64,000 bases of DNA from Gammaproteobacteria bacterium (GCA_007127715.1 SKYU01000009.1:2411-66410), one strand, 5' to 3'. Shown: positions 17,666 to 27,253, counted from the stretch's first letter. Program-made: numbers and translations. The notes: generated by a model from the sequence alone, not told the origin.

Positions 17666-17898
17666 CAATTATTTTGGATGGTTTGGTTGCGGAAAACTTG
17701 TACATTATATTCATTAATTCAATGAGTTACAGACTCTCTCTATCCAAGGATTCGGCTAGGCCACCAGTTCGCCCCCGGCGCACGCCTGCGGCCTCTCTGC
17801 TACGATTCACGGGCAGCGTCCAGAGATTCTGCCGGAGCGCCATCCACCGGTTAAACTGCTCTCTTCGGTGGTCTGCGCCACGCCAGGAGGGTGAGCTG

Positions 17899-18624
17899 AT
17901 GTCCGCGTACGCGACAAGCCTTCGTCAACACGCCGGACGGAAAGCACGCGGCATCGTCGCGGTGGCGCTGACGATGATCACCCTGGCCATCGTCTCGGCC
18001 GGCGAGATCGAACCGGAGGGTCAGGCACTGGCCCACCTGCTATCGGCACACTGGTCCAATGCAGCACAGTACGAGACCGCGGACGACGCACTGAGGCGGC
18101 CTCCGGCACCGGGCCACCCCTATGACTGGCTGGACCTGCAGTACGCGCGATTTGTTGCCGTGCGTACCCCGCACATTCCCGGCGATGCCGTGTACCTGGA
18201 ATGGCGCGCCGGCGGGCCCGAAGGGCCGATCAGCCGTCAGCGGCTGTGGGTATTCCAAAGCGACATACGCCCCGACGCCAGCCCCCTCGAGGGAATGGAT
18301 TTCTACGCCTTCCGCGAGCCGGAAGCCTGGGCTGGACGCACGGGCTGGGAGGATTTCGTCGATCTGACGCCCGATGACCTGATCGGCTACCCGCCTGGCT
18401 GCCGTTTGCAGCCGGTCTCCCGAGGGCGCGGTGTGACGGTGCTCGCAGTGGATGAGACCGCCTGCGTGATCACCGCGCAGTCAGGCCGGGAGATGGGCAT
18501 CAACGCACGTGTGGCGATTGGCTTCGACCGGATCGAGTACGCCGAATCGGGTCGGCTCGAGGACGGCAGTTATGCCTTCAAGGTACCCGGCACTGGCGCA
18601 TACGTATTCGAGCGCACCTGGTAG
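17899..18624 (+). CDS. CpcT/CpeT-like (DUF1001, lipocalin-type beta-barrel) protein with N-terminal TM anchor or signal
   Basis: AGGAGG RBS 8 nt upstream of the ATG. LLSAHWSNAAQYE...YDWLDLQYARFV...AVYLEWRAG...SRQRLWVF follows the CpcT family pattern (fsN..Q...p.....yl.q.......pyRqr). Hydrophobic segment IVAVALTMITLAIV. Confidence 0.5.
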   Translation: MSAYATSLRQHAGRKARGIVAVALTMITLAIVSAGEIEPEGQALAHLLSAHWSNAAQYETADDALRRPPAPGHPYDWLDLQYARFVAVRTPHIPGDAVYLEWRAGGPEGPISRQRLWVFQSDIRPDASPLEGMDFYAFREPEAWAGRTGWEDFVDLTPDDLIGYPPGCRLQPVSRGRGVTVLAVDETACVITAQSGREMGINARVAIGFDRIEYAESGRLEDGSYAFKVPGTGAYVFERTW

Positions 18625-18636
18625 CCCGGCGCACAT

Positions 18637-21312
18637 TCACAGCAGAATTTCCCGCGCCCCGAAACCGCTGTAGTCGCGGGGCGCGCAGGTGAGCACGATG
18701 ACCTGCAACCCGCGGCTGGCGGCCAGGTCGAGCATACGCTGCAGCTGACGGATGCGCTCGGGGTCGGAGTGCGTGAAGGCATCGTCGAAGACCACCGGCA
18801 GGCAGCCATCATGATCGGCGGCAAGCACTTCGGCCATGGCCAGTCGCAGGGCCGCGGCCACCTGCTCCCGGGTGCCACCGCTCAGTTCATCGAAGGCGAA
18901 GGCCGATTCGGCCCTGTCCGCCCTGTAGATCTCGAGCCTCCTGAACACCGGGCCTTCGACATCCAGCTGCAGGACGGTCGACGCGCCCAGCACCGGGCGC
19001 AGATACTCGCTCGCCTTCTCGACCAGCGGCCGGGTGTACTGCTCGGCGAGCGACTGCTGCTTCTCGCTGAACAGGCGATGCAGATGCTGCAGCGCATCAG
19101 CACGCAGGCGTTGCGTGTCGGCACGCTCCCGCGCGCGGTCGAATGTTGCGCGCGCGCGCAGCAGATCCGCTTCCGGATCGGACACGCCGTCACCGCCCAG
19201 GGCACCGAGCGCCTGGTGGAGCTCGGCGCGCACAGCTTCCAGCGCCGCGCCCTGCCCGTCCAGCGCCCGCCTGAGACGCGGGATGTCCTGCTGCACAAGC
19301 TCCGGCTGAAGACCCTCGAGTGCGTCCTGCGTGGCGGCCATACGCCGGGCATGCTGCTCCGTGGCGGCACGCAGATCGACCAGCGCGCGTTGCCGCGCGT
19401 CCTGCTCACCATACTGTTCGACCAGCCAGGCAAGCGTCTGCTCGCCGGCCGCGACCTGCTCGGCCAATGATCGTGCCTGGTGGCGTGCGGCCTCCGCCGC
19501 CTCTCGCGCCTGCTCCACGGCCGCCTCGGCTACTCTCAGTCGCGCAGCGAGGTCCGTTTCCCGGCTCTGAGCCGACGCGCGGGCGTATTCCGCATCCTGC
19601 ACGGCATGCTGCGCCTGGGTCAGGTCCGCCGGCAGATTGGCACCATCGGCCCCCGGGCATCGGCGTGCGAGCCGCGTCTCCAGCGCCGTGATCGTCTCGG
19701 CCAGACACTGGGCCTCATCGCGCAACCGCTCACCACCGGCATCCTCCAGGCGCGCCTGGAGCTGGGCCAGCGCCGCGCGCTCGCCTTCGTACCGATCTGC
19801 AGCCGCGAAGGCCTCGATAGCCGAGGTAACGTCGATGCGCGCAGCGAGTTCATCGCGGGCGCGAACAAGGCCGTCGAGCGACTGGGCCGCGGCCTGCACA
19901 TCGGTGCCTCCGCCGGGGGTGAGCGTCAGACGGACCGCCTCGCCCACCCGGATCTCGGTCTCTTCGGCAAAGCTCTCCACGTCACCCGGCGCAAGCGTTC
20001 GCTCGCCCACCTGCACCGGCCGATCCGCCTCGTTGACCGACAGCCTGGCCGATATCGCCTCCATCACGGCCCGCGCGCGAAGACATCGGTCTTCGTGCTC
20101 CCGCAGGGCCTCGGCGTCCTCCCGGGTCACCTGCAGCAGAGCCGCGATCGAGGTGCGGCGGTGGACGATCTCGGCCTCGAGTGCCTCCACCCGCGCGAGG
20201 CTGGCGTCGACCCTGGCTTTGGCCTCGCGCCGCCCGACCAGCTCCTGGACCAGCATCCGGTCATCCAGCGTGGCCTGTGCTGCCACCACCGCGGCGCTGG
20301 CGTCCTCCCAGGCTGCTTTCGCGGCCCGTGCCTGGCGCTGACGTTCCTCCAGCCCCTTGGCGGCATCCATCACCGCCTGCTCCAGCGGAGCCAGCTCACG
20401 CTGTCGCTGCTCGAGCGTACGGCGAGCCTCGGCAATCCTGGTGTCGGCCTCCAGCGCCTGCGCATAGGCGCGTTCCGCCTGTTCCAGCTCGCGGGACTGT
20501 TCCGCCACGGCATCGCGCAAGGCGTCGATCCGGTGTGCCCGCTCCGTGGCGGCGGTGAGTTCCCGGCCCAGCGCGGCCTGCTCCGCGACGATCTCCTCGA
20601 TCCGGGCACTGGCCTCCCCATGCCGGCGGCTCGCGGACTCGCGCTGCTCGTAACGCGCAGTGGCCTCCTCGAGTGTCTGGCTTGCCTCGGCCAGCGCGGT
20701 CTCGGCCTCGCCCAGTGGGGAGCCCGCCCGGGGTTTCCCGGCAAGGGTGAACCAGTCGCCCACCTGTTGCGCAAGCGTGGCGGACACGGCGGCGTCGCGG
20801 GCGGACTGCTGGACGATTGCACCCCCCGAGGCCTGGAACTGCGCCACGAGATCCTGACGATACAGGTTGGCAATCTCGATGGGGTCCTGCCCGGAACGAC
20901 CCTGCGCCACGAACACGTGGGCCCAGCCCGCCTCGGGCTTGCCGGCCGATTCCCCGAGCAGGCTCTGCAACACGTCCTCCGCCGCCTGATCGCTGAACGA
21001 GCGACCGCCGAGTTGCGTGAGACGGGCCCGGCCATTGGCCTTCGCATAGCGCTTCTCGAGGTGGTATTGCGCGCCCCCTGCCTCGAACCTGAGCTCGACC
21101 TCGGGAAAACCACCACCCTGCGCCGCCTGCATGGCGCGGTGGAGCACGGTATTGCCCTTGGCCGGCAGAAACAGCACCCGCTGGATCGCCTCCATCAGGG
21201 TGCTCTTGCCGGCCTCGTTCGGCCCCGCGATCACGTTTCGATGGGCGTCGAACTGAATGGTCAGCGCCCGATGCACCCGGTAATTGCGAACGGTCAGTTC
21301 GAGAAGGCGCAT
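18637..21312 (-). CDS. SMC/SbcC-like AAA ATPase with long coiled coil and no zinc hook (YhaN-type)
   Basis: Start ATG at 21312, 4 nt after the upstream gene's stop. Walker A GPNEAGKST. ~650 aa of A/E/R/Q-rich coiled coil. Signature LSGGTREQ and Walker B LPVVFDDAF. No CxxC anywhere in the coiled coil. Confidence 0.8.
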   Translation of the reverse strand: MRLLELTVRNYRVHRALTIQFDAHRNVIAGPNEAGKSTLMEAIQRVLFLPAKGNTVLHRAMQAAQGGGFPEVELRFEAGGAQYHLEKRYAKANGRARLTQLGGRSFSDQAAEDVLQSLLGESAGKPEAGWAHVFVAQGRSGQDPIEIANLYRQDLVAQFQASGGAIVQQSARDAAVSATLAQQVGDWFTLAGKPRAGSPLGEAETALAEASQTLEEATARYEQRESASRRHGEASARIEEIVAEQAALGRELTAATERAHRIDALRDAVAEQSRELEQAERAYAQALEADTRIAEARRTLEQRQRELAPLEQAVMDAAKGLEERQRQARAAKAAWEDASAAVVAAQATLDDRMLVQELVGRREAKARVDASLARVEALEAEIVHRRTSIAALLQVTREDAEALREHEDRCLRARAVMEAISARLSVNEADRPVQVGERTLAPGDVESFAEETEIRVGEAVRLTLTPGGGTDVQAAAQSLDGLVRARDELAARIDVTSAIEAFAAADRYEGERAALAQLQARLEDAGGERLRDEAQCLAETITALETRLARRCPGADGANLPADLTQAQHAVQDAEYARASAQSRETDLAARLRVAEAAVEQAREAAEAARHQARSLAEQVAAGEQTLAWLVEQYGEQDARQRALVDLRAATEQHARRMAATQDALEGLQPELVQQDIPRLRRALDGQGAALEAVRAELHQALGALGGDGVSDPEADLLRARATFDRARERADTQRLRADALQHLHRLFSEKQQSLAEQYTRPLVEKASEYLRPVLGASTVLQLDVEGPVFRRLEIYRADRAESAFAFDELSGGTREQVAAALRLAMAEVLAADHDGCLPVVFDDAFTHSDPERIRQLQRMLDLAASRGLQVIVLTCAPRDYSGFGAREILL

Positions 21313-21316
21313 GGTG

Positions 21317-22507
21317 TCAGCTCGCCAGCCGATAAAGTTCACGCAGCGCGTGGCGCGCCACTTCGCCCTCGCGTCCGCCCGACTGACTCTCCTCAAGCAG
21401 CGCGGTGGCGACCTGGGCGATCAACGGGTCCGCGCTGCGCCTGGCGAGGGCATCGATCTCCTCGCGTGTGGGCGCGTAAGTCGTCGTGTCTTTCAGTTTC
21501 AGGCGGATCAGTCGGTTCGACCAGACGTCAAGCTGCTCGTCGAGTCGGTCGCGGTCGGCAAACCCCAGGGCGCCGGAGAGCTGGAGCTCGAGGAGATCGC
21601 GGTCCACCCGCCCGCCGAGCAGCTGCTCCATGGCCTGCTCGAACGCAGGAATCGGCGCCTCGCCGACGAACTCATGCGTCAACTGATGCCAACGGATCGC
21701 GCCGGTACGGACCTCGCGCACCTCCGGCGCCGCCCCCCGGTGTACCGACACCACCAGGCTCTGCCCCGAGACATAATCTGCCCCGCGAGGGAAACGGTCC
21801 TGTTCATGCGCGCCTGCATACCAGGCCTTCGCGCCGACCTGCCGGGTAGCGTGCCAGTCGCCAAGGGCAATGTAGTCGATGTCATCCTGCGGCATGCGCT
21901 CCAGACGCAGCCGATTCGGCGCACTGGCATGGAGATCATCCTCCTCGTCATCCGCCGGTGCCGTGAAATCCTGTACCGAACCGTGCGCCAGCACGATACG
22001 CGGACGATCACCGAAATCTTGCCAGCGACCGTCCAGCCCAGACAGCCACGCCGCGGGGTCGTCACTGGCGTGTCGCCTCTGTAGCGGGCAGGGCAACAGC
22101 ACGGCCGACTCAAGCACCCGCGGCTCGGGATCGAGCAGCACCTCGAGATTCGGCGCGAGCGCCTCCTGCTCCCGGCGCAGGTAGGGCTGCTCCCAGATGC
22201 CACCGGTGCCGCCGTGGTCATGGTTCCCGGGGATGACGTAAACCGGCCGCCCCAACGCGCCGATGGCCGACAGGGCCTTGGAGACGGTGGCGCTGGGGAC
22301 GGTCGAGGAATCGAACAGGTCGCCGGCGACAACGATGAACGCCGCCTGCTCGTCCTCCGCCACCTGCCCGATCCGCTCGATGGCCCGGATCCGTGCGTCC
22401 TGCAGCAGGGCCCGCTTGCCCGGGTCCACCACACGTGCGTAGGGCTTGCCGATCTGCCAGTCGGCCGTGTGGACAAAGATCGTGCGCGTCTTTGCCGCCT
22501 CGGTCAC
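21317..22507 (-). CDS. SbcD/Mre11-like calcineurin-type metallophosphoesterase (YhaO-type)
   Basis: Motifs VHTADWQIG, VVAGDLFD, IPGNHDHG, VLAHGS, ALGDWH. 396 aa, directly upstream of the SbcC-like ATPase. Confidence 0.8.
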   Translation of the reverse strand: MTEAAKTRTIFVHTADWQIGKPYARVVDPGKRALLQDARIRAIERIGQVAEDEQAAFIVVAGDLFDSSTVPSATVSKALSAIGALGRPVYVIPGNHDHGGTGGIWEQPYLRREQEALAPNLEVLLDPEPRVLESAVLLPCPLQRRHASDDPAAWLSGLDGRWQDFGDRPRIVLAHGSVQDFTAPADDEEDDLHASAPNRLRLERMPQDDIDYIALGDWHATRQVGAKAWYAGAHEQDRFPRGADYVSGQSLVVSVHRGAAPEVREVRTGAIRWHQLTHEFVGEAPIPAFEQAMEQLLGGRVDRDLLELQLSGALGFADRDRLDEQLDVWSNRLIRLKLKDTTTYAPTREEIDALARRSADPLIAQVATALLEESQSGGREGEVARHALRELYRLAS

Positions 22508-22513
22508 GTCGCG

Positions 22514-23833
22514 TCAGCGTCCACTGGTCGACAGCGCGAATCGTGCCGGATAACGTCCCATCATCAGCAGCAGGAGCGCGCCAACCACAACCATGATGGC
22601 CGACGCATAGAGCACCAGGTTGTAGCTGCCTGTCACATCGAATACACGACCGAACAGGAAGGGCGACACACCGGCGGCCAGTGCGAAACAGGCATAAAAC
22701 ACCCCGTATATGCGTCCGTAGTGTTTGAGCCCGAAGTAACGGGACGCCACATAGGCGAACACGTCGGTCTCGGCGCCTGCCGCGAGCCCGATCATGAACG
22801 CCGCAGCGAACGCCAGCGGCAAGGAAATCTCCGGCATGATCAGGAGAAGACACGCTACGGCAGGCAGCGCCAGCAGCGGCAGCGCCACGCCAGGTGCCCA
22901 GAAGCGATCGATGAGGTACCCGGTCAGCAGTCGTCCCACAATCACGCTGATGCCGATGGTGCCGACGACCGTGGCGGCCTCACGGGCACCAAAGCCCCGA
23001 TCGAGCAGCAGTGGAAACAGGTTGGTCAGTGCGCCACTGGTCTGGACCGTCACCAGCAGCACCACGATCGCGAGCAACCAGAAGCGATAGGTGCGCGTGG
23101 CTTCGCGAAGTGTCAGGCCGTCGGGCTCAGGCGGGGGCGGTGCCGCGTCCTCGATCGCAGTCTTCCGCGAGCCCTGCGAGTCGGATGGCCTGCCGGCGCG
23201 CGCCCGCGCCGCCCTTGATTCGGCGGCCTTCTGCGGCGAATCCTGAAAAAGAAGCCACACCACCGGGAGCGCGATCACCACCGGCAGCAGTCCGACCCCG
23301 ATGAAGCCCTGACGCCAGCCGAAGGTGTCGATCAGCCAGGAGGCATAGATGGGCAGGAAAAATCCGGCCACCCCGGTGCCGATCAGGATGATGGCCAGGG
23401 CCATGCCGCGGCTCATGAAAAACCAGGCGACAATCGCCCGCGTCCAGGTCACCGGCGTCGAGCCCGCGCTGACCAGCCCGACGATCAACCACAACCCGTA
23501 GAACGCCCAGAGGGAGTCAGGCGTGAGCGCAAGCGCACAGAATGACAGGCTGAGCCCCACCAGGGCCCCCATCGCCACCGGCTTGACACCGATGCGATCG
23601 GCCAGCGCCCCGACCAGCGGTACGGTCAGGATCGCCCCGAGCGTCAACGGCAGCGTCGCCAGCATGATGTCGCCCCGACCCCACCCGTAGGCGGCAGCCA
23701 GCGGCACCGCAAACACGCCGATGGTGTAGATGGGGATTGGCGAGGCCCCGCAGGCCACGCCGAGGAACGACGACACGAGTACGCGCCAGCCACGAATCAT
23801 TTCGGCCATGCGGGGCCCGTATTGTGCAGTCAT
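22514..23833 (-). CDS. MFS transporter
   Basis: 439 aa, ~12 TM. Motif-A-like GALADRIGVKP. Charged central loop. Confidence 0.8.
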   Translation of the reverse strand: MTAQYGPRMAEMIRGWRVLVSSFLGVACGASPIPIYTIGVFAVPLAAAYGWGRGDIMLATLPLTLGAILTVPLVGALADRIGVKPVAMGALVGLSLSFCALALTPDSLWAFYGLWLIVGLVSAGSTPVTWTRAIVAWFFMSRGMALAIILIGTGVAGFFLPIYASWLIDTFGWRQGFIGVGLLPVVIALPVVWLLFQDSPQKAAESRAARARAGRPSDSQGSRKTAIEDAAPPPPEPDGLTLREATRTYRFWLLAIVVLLVTVQTSGALTNLFPLLLDRGFGAREAATVVGTIGISVIVGRLLTGYLIDRFWAPGVALPLLALPAVACLLLIMPEISLPLAFAAAFMIGLAAGAETDVFAYVASRYFGLKHYGRIYGVFYACFALAAGVSPFLFGRVFDVTGSYNLVLYASAIMVVVGALLLLMMGRYPARFALSTSGR

Positions 23834-23948
23834 CGACGATCCTGTTCGACTTGAGGCCGATGGGCCGAAGCGCGAGAGTATCTCAGAAACCTGTCACCTC
23901 AGCGCAACCTGGACAGGCGTCATACAGGGGCGGGGTACCGACAGGTGG

Positions 23949-25295
23949 TCAGCGTGTCTGGTCGTTGCCCTCGCCCGCCATGGTCAAGGCCAGCAGCAGC
24001 ACGTGCTCCGCGGCGCGCATCATGGCCGGAATGTCCGCCCATTCGCTCGGCTGCCCCCGGTCTCCACCGCGCGAGCCGCCAAGCCCAATCGCGGGCGTGC
24101 CCCCGGCCACGGCCACGTTCATGTTCGAGGACCCGGCGTTCGAGAGCGTCGCTTCGAACCCCAGGTGTCCGGCGATGGCGGAGGCCATGCGTACGAGCCC
24201 GGAATCCCTCGCGCCCGGCAGCTGGCCGCCCGGGGTGAGCAGGAAAGGCTCCATCGCAAGTCCGATCCCGGTGTCGGCGGCCACCTCCTCCAGCAGGCGC
24301 TCGACGGCAGCCTCCACCGCGTCGAGGATGTCCGCCTCCAGCGAGCGCAGATCGAGCGAAAACCAACCTTCAGCGGGCTTGTGGTTGAACACCGAACCGC
24401 TCTGGAGCATCGCAATGTTGACCACGGTGCCGGTGTCCGGGTCCTGAAATTCGGCCGCCAGATCGAAAATCCGGTCGACCGCACGGGCAAGGCCCTGATT
24501 GACGTTGGGCAGGCCGCCCCCGAGCGAGTGGCCGGGCGGGCCCTCGCCGACCACCCGCCACCAGTGAATCCCCAGACCGCCGTAGGTGACGCTCTGGCCA
24601 TCGCCCAGAATGTCGATGAACGCCACTGCACGGTCTCGATAGGCTTCGTAGACCGTGGTCATGCCGACGAGCCCTGTCTCTTCCTGCGCCACGGCGGCGA
24701 ACACCAGATCGTGTTCCGGTTCGATACCTGTGGCCAGGTAGGCCCGTGCGGCCGCGAGCATGGCCGCGGTGATCGACGAGGTGTTGGTGCCGGGTCCGAC
24801 CAGCCGGTCGCCGACGACCCGGGGCGGTCCGTCCGCCGCGCGCTGGTGCTCGGCGACCGTGGGGAGATCGTCGAGGGTGGAGATGAATACCATGGCGCGC
24901 CCGGAACGCCCGGGAATGCGCCCCACCGCATTCGGACTGGCGTCCACCCGGACGTCCGCAAGGCCGATGCGGCGCATCTCCGCGGCGACGCGTTCGGCCC
25001 TCGCCAGTTCCTCGCCAGACGGCGAGACGATGGCGGCGATATCAGCGAGCAGTTCGACCGTTCCCTGCGTGGCGTCCTGCAGCGCCGTGAGTCCTGACAC
25101 GGCGCGCGGGTCGTCCAGCACCTCGGCAAGCGGCCGGAGCGGTTCTGGCAGCTCGACCGCCGCTTGCTCACCCGCCCAGGTGGGCGTGGCCAGAGTCGCC
25201 GCGAGCCACAGGAACAGGCAGGCGGCTCCGACGCCCGGAGCCTTGCGCGACCGGGCCCGGAGTATCAAGCTCTCATAGGTCTCTGGCAGGTGCAT
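23949..25295 (-). CDS. Secreted M20/M28-type zinc peptidase
   Basis: ATG at 25295. Signal-like CLFLWLAATLATPTWAGE. Dimetal-peptidase-like segments (AAVAQEETGLVGM, STLDD). The long ORF reaching 25823 overlaps the divergent neighbour and is not credible. Confidence 0.65.
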   Translation of the reverse strand: MHLPETYESLILRARSRKAPGVGAACLFLWLAATLATPTWAGEQAAVELPEPLRPLAEVLDDPRAVSGLTALQDATQGTVELLADIAAIVSPSGEELARAERVAAEMRRIGLADVRVDASPNAVGRIPGRSGRAMVFISTLDDLPTVAEHQRAADGPPRVVGDRLVGPGTNTSSITAAMLAAARAYLATGIEPEHDLVFAAVAQEETGLVGMTTVYEAYRDRAVAFIDILGDGQSVTYGGLGIHWWRVVGEGPPGHSLGGGLPNVNQGLARAVDRIFDLAAEFQDPDTGTVVNIAMLQSGSVFNHKPAEGWFSLDLRSLEADILDAVEAAVERLLEEVAADTGIGLAMEPFLLTPGGQLPGARDSGLVRMASAIAGHLGFEATLSNAGSSNMNVAVAGGTPAIGLGGSRGGDRGQPSEWADIPAMMRAAEHVLLLALTMAGEGNDQTR

Positions 25296-25365
25296 TGAAC
25301 TGCTCTCAACTGCTGCGCACGGGTGCACGATGCCAACAAGGCTTACCGGATGTCCAGGTGGTGAC

Positions 25366-26472
25366 ATGATGATCTTGCTGACCAGCTTCATCGTATCGAT
25401 CGCGCTACTGGCCTCGCCCGCGGTGGCGACGCCCGCCGATGAGGCTGCCCTGATCGAACGACACGGCCTCGCCGAGGCCGAGACCCGTGTAAGGGAGCGC
25501 GCAGACTGGCGGGCGCTGCGCAAGGTCGTCGTGGTCGACATGGAGCCGGGGCGTCTGGAGTGGCTGCAGCAGGGCCTGCCTCCGGAAGTGCAGATCGTCG
25601 GCGCGCGCAGCGAGGACGAGGCACTCGAGCGAATCGCCGACGCCGATGCACTGATCGGCTTCTGCAGCGAGGCACTGCTGGACCGCGGCGTGAATCTGGC
25701 CTGGGTACAGCTGCTGGTCGCAGGCGTCGAGGGCTGCGTGGATCTGCCCCAGATGCGGGCGCGTGAACCCCTGCTGACCAACATGCAGCGGGTGACCGGG
25801 CCGGTGATTGCCGAGCATGTCATGGCGCTGACGCTGGCACTCGCCCGCGGCCTCCCCGACTACCAGCGGGCGCAGGCCGAAGGGCGATGGGATCGACAGG
25901 CGCCTGCACAAGAACTCATCTCGCTCGAGGGCCGACGGCTGCTGGTGGTGGGCCTGGGCGGGATCGGGGTGGAGGTCGCCCGCCGGGCCCATACCTTCGG
26001 CATGGAGGTCCACGCCGTGCGGGCCAGCCGCGCCGAAGGCCCCGACTTTGTTACCCGGGTGGTGCTGCCCGAGGGTCTGGAGGCGGAGATCGCCGAGGCC
26101 GATATCGTCGTCAACGCCTTGCCGCTGACCGCCGAGACACGAGGACAGTTCGACCGCGCGATATTCGAGCGCATGCCGTCCCATGCCCTGTTCATCAACG
26201 TGGGTCGTGGCGGCACGGTCGTGACCGAAGACCTGGTCGCAGCGCTCGACCAGGGGCTGATCGGCGGGGCCGGGATCGATGTCACCGACCCCTCGCCGCT
26301 GCCGTCCGATCATCCCCTGTGGCGTGCCCCGAACACCATCGTCACCCCGCATGTCGCGGCACGGTCGGATCTGGGGTTCGCCGTGCGCTGGGAGGTGGTG
26401 CGCGCGAACCTGCGCCGCTATCTGGAGGGGGAACGCATGCTCTCGGTCGTCGACTTCGAGCGCGGCTACTGA
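25366..26472 (+). CDS. D-isomer-specific 2-hydroxyacid dehydrogenase family protein with N-terminal signal/anchor-like segment
   Basis: NAD site LLVVGLGGIGVEVARRA. Catalytic region NVGRGG...DVTDPSPLP...TPHVAAR. N-terminus MMILLTSFIVSIALLASPAVA-TP. Alternative ATG at 25330. Confidence 0.8.
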   Translation: MMILLTSFIVSIALLASPAVATPADEAALIERHGLAEAETRVRERADWRALRKVVVVDMEPGRLEWLQQGLPPEVQIVGARSEDEALERIADADALIGFCSEALLDRGVNLAWVQLLVAGVEGCVDLPQMRAREPLLTNMQRVTGPVIAEHVMALTLALARGLPDYQRAQAEGRWDRQAPAQELISLEGRRLLVVGLGGIGVEVARRAHTFGMEVHAVRASRAEGPDFVTRVVLPEGLEAEIAEADIVVNALPLTAETRGQFDRAIFERMPSHALFINVGRGGTVVTEDLVAALDQGLIGGAGIDVTDPSPLPSDHPLWRAPNTIVTPHVAARSDLGFAVRWEVVRANLRRYLEGERMLSVVDFERGY

Positions 26473-26476
26473 GCCT

Positions 26477-27253
26477 TCAGTAGGCGAATACGTAGAGCTT
26501 CGATTCTTCATCGCAGACCGCGTAGACCCGGCGATTGTCCGGGTCTACCGCGATCCCTTCACCCTTGACGATGCCGGTACGGTAGGCCCGGAGCGGGCGG
26601 TACTGCATGTCGATGACGACGATCTTCCGCGACTCGTCACTGATGATCCACAGGGTGTTCTCGACGGCGTTGTACGAGAGGCCGGAAAGATCCCCCATGA
26701 AAAACTCCCCGGAGAAATCCAGCGGCACCGTCTCCCGAATCTCCAGATCACGCCCGAGGCGTACCAGCAGCCTGGGGTTTTTCTCGTTGACGACGAAAAA
26801 ATCGCCCGTGCGGGTGTTGATGGTGATGCCTTCCAGACCGTCGTTCGGACGATTGGCCGGGATCGGCACCGGCGTCCTGCTGAGAACCTCGCCCTCGCGC
26901 GTGACGTTCAGGATCTCGCGCAGACGCTCCTCGACCACCCACAGCGTGAGGTTCGCGGGATCGACGACGATCCCCTCGAGGTCGTCGCTGGCAAAGCGCA
27001 CGTGCCTGACGACCTCCCCCTGGCGTGTGATCTGAAACATCCCCTGCCCCGGGTCATCACTCACCGTCCAGAGGTGAACGCCGTCGTAGTCCAGTGCCAG
27101 CCCGGACGGGTCGCTCACGGCGATGTCGTACACCGCGATGAGTGCCAGCTCCTCCTGGGGCTCGGGTGCCGCCACCGGGTCGGACGAGCCGTTGCAACCG
27201 GCAAGCGAGGCGGCGAGGCACATCAGCAGGATCGAGAGTCGTCGCATGGCCAT
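26477..27253 (-). CDS. SdiA-regulated/YjiK-like beta-propeller lipoprotein
   Basis: Lipobox LAASLAGC. Repeated blades with DPSGLALD, LEGIVVD, LEGITIN, LSGLSYN...LWIISDES, GEGIAVD. Confidence 0.6.
   Translation of the reverse strand: MAMRRLSILLMCLAASLAGCNGSSDPVAAPEPQEELALIAVYDIAVSDPSGLALDYDGVHLWTVSDDPGQGMFQITRQGEVVRHVRFASDDLEGIVVDPANLTLWVVEERLREILNVTREGEVLSRTPVPIPANRPNDGLEGITINTRTGDFFVVNEKNPRLLVRLGRDLEIRETVPLDFSGEFFMGDLSGLSYNAVENTLWIISDESRKIVVIDMQYRPLRAYRTGIVKGEGIAVDPDNRRVYAVCDEESKLYVFAY

Noticed and set aside
19480-21849. 789-aa plus-strand ORF
   Set aside because: It is antisense to the SbcC-like and SbcD-like genes. The translation is R/G/P/A-rich with no motifs, as expected for a stop-free shadow frame in ~70% GC DNA. 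The minus strand carries clear ABC-ATPase and phosphoesterase motifs.
25296-25823. N-terminal 176-aa extension of the M20 peptidase ORF (624-aa version)
   Set aside because: It overlaps the divergent 2-hydroxyacid dehydrogenase gene and has shadow-ORF composition. A start at 25295 gives a normal signal peptide.
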